NCBI RefSeq assembly: GCF_000155895.1
Contig: NZ_DS995298.1
Location: 180,001-212,000 of the forward strand
Length of the DNA stretch: 32,000 nt
Direction: 5' to 3'
DNA from: Candidatus Pelagibacter sp. HTCC7211
Lineage (GTDB): Bacteria > Pseudomonadota > Alphaproteobacteria > Pelagibacterales > Pelagibacteraceae
The stretch's first letter is position 1. Every line of letters starts with the position of its first letter. Below, in pieces: positions 28,300 through 32,000 of this stretch. The notes below the pieces were generated by a model that was not told where the DNA came from, made no database searches, and saw only the letters and a program-made list of their open reading frames with translations. The translations under genes were made by a program, and so were the position numbers.

Positions 28300-28932
28300 A
28301 TGGAAAAAGAGGAAAACCTAAACCAAGAAAACGCATTAAAAGAATCTTTAGAAGAAATAAATAAGCCTGAAGATCAAACTGAAAAAGTTGAAAAAAGTTC
28401 CGGCACTGAAGAAAAAAAAGAAATTTCTCCAGAAGAAAAAATTAGTGAGTTAGAGGATAAGCTTGCGCGAACTTTTGCAGAGATGGAAAATCAAAGAAGA
28501 AGGTTTGAAAAAGAAAAAAATGATGCCTTTGATTATGGTGGTTTTGCATTCGCTAAGGAAGCTTTAAATTTAATTGATAATCTTACAAGATCAAAATTAA
28601 TTTTAGAGAATGACGAAACTTTAAAAAATACTGAAGCCTTAAAAAAAACATTAGAGCATTTTGATATTATTGAAAAAGATCTTATTTCAACTTTTAATAA
28701 AAATAACATTAAACCAATTGATTGCCTTAATAAAAAATTAGATCCAAATTTACATCAGGCAATGATGGAGATTGAAGATGATCAAAAAGAACCAGGTACA
28801 ATTATTCAAGAAGTGCAAAAAGGTTTTATGATTAAAGACAGGTTGTTAAGACCATCGCTAGTTGGGGTATCAAAAAAATCAGAAAAAAAAGATGAAAAAG
28901 TTGAGGAAAATAAGGAAAATTCAGAAAAATAA
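28300..28932 (+). CDS. grpE: Nucleotide exchange factor GrpE
   Basis: 210 aa. It has LARTFAEMENQRRRFEKE, HQAM and RLLRPSLVGVS. The tails are acidic and lysine-rich. Confidence 0.9.
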   Translation: MEKEENLNQENALKESLEEINKPEDQTEKVEKSSGTEEKKEISPEEKISELEDKLARTFAEMENQRRRFEKEKNDAFDYGGFAFAKEALNLIDNLTRSKLILENDETLKNTEALKKTLEHFDIIEKDLISTFNKNNIKPIDCLNKKLDPNLHQAMMEIEDDQKEPGTIIQEVQKGFMIKDRLLRPSLVGVSKKSEKKDEKVEENKENSEK

Positions 28933-28946
28933 TTGCATTTGATGAA

Positions 28947-28974
28947 CTTGTAGAAACAAATTTAACACATATAT
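28947..28974 (+). promoter_or_regulatory. Candidate RpoH (sigma32)-type promoter for dnaK
   Basis: CTTG (28947-28950), then 17 nt, then CATATAT (28968-28974). The recalled alpha-proteobacterial heat-shock consensus is CTTG-N17-18-CYTATNT. One caveat is that the predicted start would fall in or next to the GAGGG Shine-Dalgarno sequence at 28979-28983. Confidence 0.3.
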
Positions 28975-28993
28975 GAAAGAGGGTAATTAAATT

Positions 28994-30940
28994 ATGAGCA
29001 AAATTATAGGAATAGATCTTGGTACTACAAATTCTTGTGTATCAATTATGGAAGGAAGCCAGCCTAAAGTTTTAGAAAACGCTGAAGGCGCAAGAACAAC
29101 TCCTTCTGTTGTAGCGTTTACTGATGATGGAGAAAAATTAGTTGGTCAACCAGCTAAGAGACAAGCTGTAACTAATCCTGAAAATACAATATTTGCTGTA
29201 AAAAGATTAATTGGAAGAAATTTCGAAGACCCTACTGTAAAGAAAGATATTGCTGCAGCTCCATTTAAAATTATTAATTCCGAAAAAGGTGATGCTTGGA
29301 TTGAAGCCAAAGGAGAGAAATACTCACCTTCTCAGATATCAGCATTTATTCTCCAAAAAATGAAAGAGACAGCTGAAAAATATTTAGGTCAAGAAGTTAC
29401 CAAAGCTGTAATTACAGTTCCTGCATACTTTAATGATGCACAAAGACAAGCAACAAAAGATGCTGGTAAAATAGCAGGTTTAGAAGTTTTAAGAATTATT
29501 AATGAACCGACTGCTGCTTCATTAGCATATGGTTTAGACAAAAAACAAAATAAGAAAATTGCAGTATACGATTTAGGTGGAGGAACATTTGATGTCTCTA
29601 TTCTTGAATTAGGTGATGGTGTATTTGAAGTTAAATCAACTAACGGAGATACTTTTTTAGGTGGTGAAGACTTCGATAATGCAATTGTTGATTATCTAAT
29701 TGCAGAATTTAAAAAAGATAATGGAATTGATCTTACGTCAGATAAACTTGCTCTTCAGAGATTGAAAGAAGCTGCTGAAAAAGCCAAAATTGAACTATCT
29801 TCAGCAGAACAGACTGATATTAATTTACCATTTATAACAGCTGATAAAACTGGCCCAAAACATATTAATCTTAAAATGACTAGAGCTAAACTTGAAGCTT
29901 TAGTAGAAGATTTAATATCAAAAACTCTACCACCATGTAAAACAGCTTTAAAAGATGCTGGTATTACTGCAAGTGAGATTGATGAGATAGTAATGGTTGG
30001 TGGAATGACTAGAATGCCAAAAGTTATTGCTGAAGTTAAGAACTTTTTTGGAAAAGACCCAAATAAAAGTGTTAATCCAGATGAAGTTGTTGCTATGGGT
30101 GCAGCCATCCAAGCAGGAGTTCTTCAAGGAGATGTAAAAGATGTATTGCTTCTTGATGTAACACCACTTTCTTTAGGGATTGAAACTTTAGGCGGTGTAT
30201 CAACAAAATTAATTGAAAAAAATACAACAATACCAACAAAAAAAAGCCAAGTATTCTCTACTGCTGAAGATAATCAACCAGCAGTTTCTATTAGAGTTCT
30301 TCAAGGTGAAAGAGAAATGGCGACTGATAACAAAATGTTAGGTAATTTTGAATTAGTTGGAATTGCGCCTGCTCCAAGAGGAGTTCCACAAATCGAAGTT
30401 ACTTTTGATATAGATGCTAATGGGATAGTTAGTGTTTCTGCAAAAGATAAAGGAACGGGTAAAGAACAAAAAATTCAAATTCAAGCATCTGGTGGACTAA
30501 GTGAGGAAGAGATTGAAAAAATGGTTAAAGATGCTGAAGCTAATAAAGAAGAGGATAAAAAGAAGAGAGAGTCTGTAGATATAAGAAATCAAGCAGATAC
30601 TCTAATTCACTCAACTGATAAAAATCTAAAAGAACATGGATCTAAAATCTCTGATGCTGAAAAGAAAGCAATTGAAGATGCATCTTCAAGCTTAAAAGAA
30701 GCATTAAAAGGAACTGATAATGAGGATATCAAGAAAAAAACAGAAGCTTTAGTTCAAGCCTCAATGAAGTTGGGTGAGGCTATCTATAAGTCTCAAGAAA
30801 AAAAACCAGATTCATCTAACGATGGTGATAAAAATGATGAAGGGAAAAAAGACGATAATGTAGTTGATGCAGATTTTGAGGAAGTAAAAGAGGAAAATAA
30901 AGACCAAGATAAAGAAGAAGAAAAAGAAAAAAGCGCTTAA
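28994..30940 (+). CDS. dnaK: Molecular chaperone DnaK (Hsp70)
   Basis: 648 aa. It contains [22 protein letters not shown] and VGGMTRMP. Confidence 0.98.
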   Translation: MSKIIGIDLGTTNSCVSIMEGSQPKVLENAEGARTTPSVVAFTDDGEKLVGQPAKRQAVTNPENTIFAVKRLIGRNFEDPTVKKDIAAAPFKIINSEKGDAWIEAKGEKYSPSQISAFILQKMKETAEKYLGQEVTKAVITVPAYFNDAQRQATKDAGKIAGLEVLRIINEPTAASLAYGLDKKQNKKIAVYDLGGGTFDVSILELGDGVFEVKSTNGDTFLGGEDFDNAIVDYLIAEFKKDNGIDLTSDKLALQRLKEAAEKAKIELSSAEQTDINLPFITADKTGPKHINLKMTRAKLEALVEDLISKTLPPCKTALKDAGITASEIDEIVMVGGMTRMPKVIAEVKNFFGKDPNKSVNPDEVVAMGAAIQAGVLQGDVKDVLLLDVTPLSLGIETLGGVSTKLIEKNTTIPTKKSQVFSTAEDNQPAVSIRVLQGEREMATDNKMLGNFELVGIAPAPRGVPQIEVTFDIDANGIVSVSAKDKGTGKEQKIQIQASGGLSEEEIEKMVKDAEANKEEDKKKRESVDIRNQADTLIHSTDKNLKEHGSKISDAEKKAIEDASSSLKEALKGTDNEDIKKKTEALVQASMKLGEAIYKSQEKKPDSSNDGDKNDEGKKDDNVVDADFEEVKEENKDQDKEEEKEKSA

Positions 30941-30972
30941 GACACTCAACAACTATCATCTTAGGGTAACCA

Positions 30973-32000
30973 ATGGCTAAAAGAGATTTCTATGACGTCT
31001 TAGGTGTTAGCAAAAGTGCAAGTCCCGATGAACTAAAATCAGCATACAGGAAACTCGCTGTCAAATATCATCCTGATAAAAATCCAGGTGATAAGAATGC
31101 TGAAGATAAGTTTAAAGAAGCAAGTGAAGCTTATGGCATTCTTTCTGATAAAGAAAAAAAACAAAACTACGATAATTTTGGACATGCTGCTTTTGAAGGT
31201 GGAGGTGGAAGACAAAGTGGTGGCTTTGGTGGTTTTAGTGGAGCTGACTTTTCAGATATTTTTGAAGATTTTTTTGGAGACTTTGGAGGTGGAGGAAGAT
31301 CAAGAGGTAATAGAAACTCAAATAATAGAGGGTCAGATTTAAGGTATGATTTATCAATTTCCCTTGAAGAAGCTTACCAAGGAAAAAAACAAGATATAAA
31401 GTTTTCTACAACTGAAAAATGTAATACATGTAATGGGAATGGGTCTAAACCTGGTCATTCTCCTGACAGATGTTCATACTGTGGTGGTAATGGGAAAATA
31501 AGATCTAATCAGGGCTTTTTCACGGTTCAACAAACTTGTCCTCAATGTAATGGAAATGGAGAAGAAATTACAAACCCATGTAATGATTGTAATGGTCAAG
31601 GTAAAAAACAAGCTTCAAAAAAAATATCAGTTACAATTCCAAAGGGTGTTGATGATGGAACTAGAATTAGATTGGCTGGAAAAGGTGAGGCAGGTACAAG
31701 AGGTGGAGCAACAGGTGATTTATACTTATTTATTAATGTTAACTCTCATGAACTTTTTAAAAGATCTGATGAAAATTTGTTTTTTGAATTTCCAATTTCT
31801 ATAGCAGATGCAGCTCTTGGTACAGTAATTGAAATACCAACAATTGATGGTGGTAAAGCAAAATTAAAAATACCAGATGGAACTCAAAGTGGAAAACAAT
31901 TTAGATTGAAAGGCAAAGGAATGCCATTCATGAGAAGAGGTGATTTTGGTGATTTATACGTGCAGGTTAATACAGAGGTTCCTATTTATTTAAATAAACA
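30973..32000 (+). CDS. dnaJ: Molecular chaperone DnaJ, N-terminal about 342 codons; continues past the right window edge
   Basis: It is not in the ORF track because no stop falls in the window. My translation from ATG 30973 reads [39 protein letters not shown] (J domain with HPD). A Gly/Phe-rich region follows, then four CxxCxGxG zinc-finger repeats ([32 protein letters not shown]). Confidence 0.96.
   Translation, partial: MAKRDFYDVLGVSKSASPDELKSAYRKLAVKYHPDKNPGDKNAEDKFKEASEAYGILSDKEKKQNYDNFGHAAFEGGGGRQSGGFGGFSGADFSDIFEDFFGDFGGGGRSRGNRNSNNRGSDLRYDLSISLEEAYQGKKQDIKFSTTEKCNTCNGNGSKPGHSPDRCSYCGGNGKIRSNQGFFTVQQTCPQCNGNGEEITNPCNDCNGQGKKQASKKISVTIPKGVDDGTRIRLAGKGEAGTRGGATGDLYLFINVNSHELFKRSDENLFFEFPISIADAALGTVIEIPTIDGGKAKLKIPDGTQSGKQFRLKGKGMPFMRRGDFGDLYVQVNTEVPIYLNK

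Noticed and set aside
28258-28993. CIRCE (HrcA operator) upstream of grpE or dnaK
   Set aside because: I could find no TTAGCACTC-N9-GAGTGCTAA-like inverted repeat in either spacer.
29479-29495. ICE-like TTTAGAAGTTTTAAGAA inside dnaK
   Set aside because: It is in a coding region that encodes the conserved GLEVLRI, and its right half-site is poor.
29755-30108. 117-aa ORF antisense to dnaK
   Set aside because: Long antisense frames opposite hsp70 genes are a known codon-usage artefact. It has no start context and no motifs.
31088-31804. Two 84-aa plus-strand ORFs (31088-31342, 31550-31804)
   Set aside because: They are out-of-frame reads within dnaJ. The dnaJ frame itself (from 30973) carries the J domain, the G/F region and four CxxCxGxG repeats.

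Overview
This is a strongly AT-rich (by eye roughly 70% A+T, not computed) and extremely gene-dense chromosomal segment. Its synteny is alpha-proteobacterial: irr next to fabA-fabB-fabI; tsaB-fur-miaB-phoH-ybeY-lnt-metK; nusA-infB-rbfA-rpsO-pnp; murJ-trpS-nfu; rsmI/lpoA-like/dolP; grpE-dnaK-dnaJ. That fits a streamlined SAR11/Pelagibacterales-type genome, which is an inference only because no search was possible. I call 30 protein-coding genes. Two are cut by the window edges and so are absent from the ORF track: katG on the left and dnaJ on the right. I see no rRNA or tRNA genes, CRISPR, transposase, integrase or phage genes, and no recognisable defence or toxin-antitoxin loci. The largest intergenic gaps are about 95-112 bp, and many neighbours overlap by 1-17 nt, including convergent and divergent pairs. 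I do not find a convincing new multi-gene system; this is core housekeeping DNA. The signals most worth a second look are listed here. (1) Two near-identical 17-mers resembling the Irr iron-control element flank an Irr-type Fur homologue, and one lies on the katG promoter. (2) A perfect terminator hairpin sits inside the apparent 5' end of nusA, which moves the nusA start and suggests an attenuator. (3) The pnp leader is purine-rich with a pentamer periodicity and an overlapping 20-codon uORF. (4) A TsaB of about 128 aa has lost its middle, and its start overlaps head-on with a secreted deacetylase gene. (5) An rsmI / LpoA-C-domain-like / DolP arrangement echoes the E. coli yraL-yraP locus. 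(6) Several conserved clusters lack members they usually contain (rimP, truB, corC, rimI, hrcA). All regulatory calls are pattern-based and unverified.
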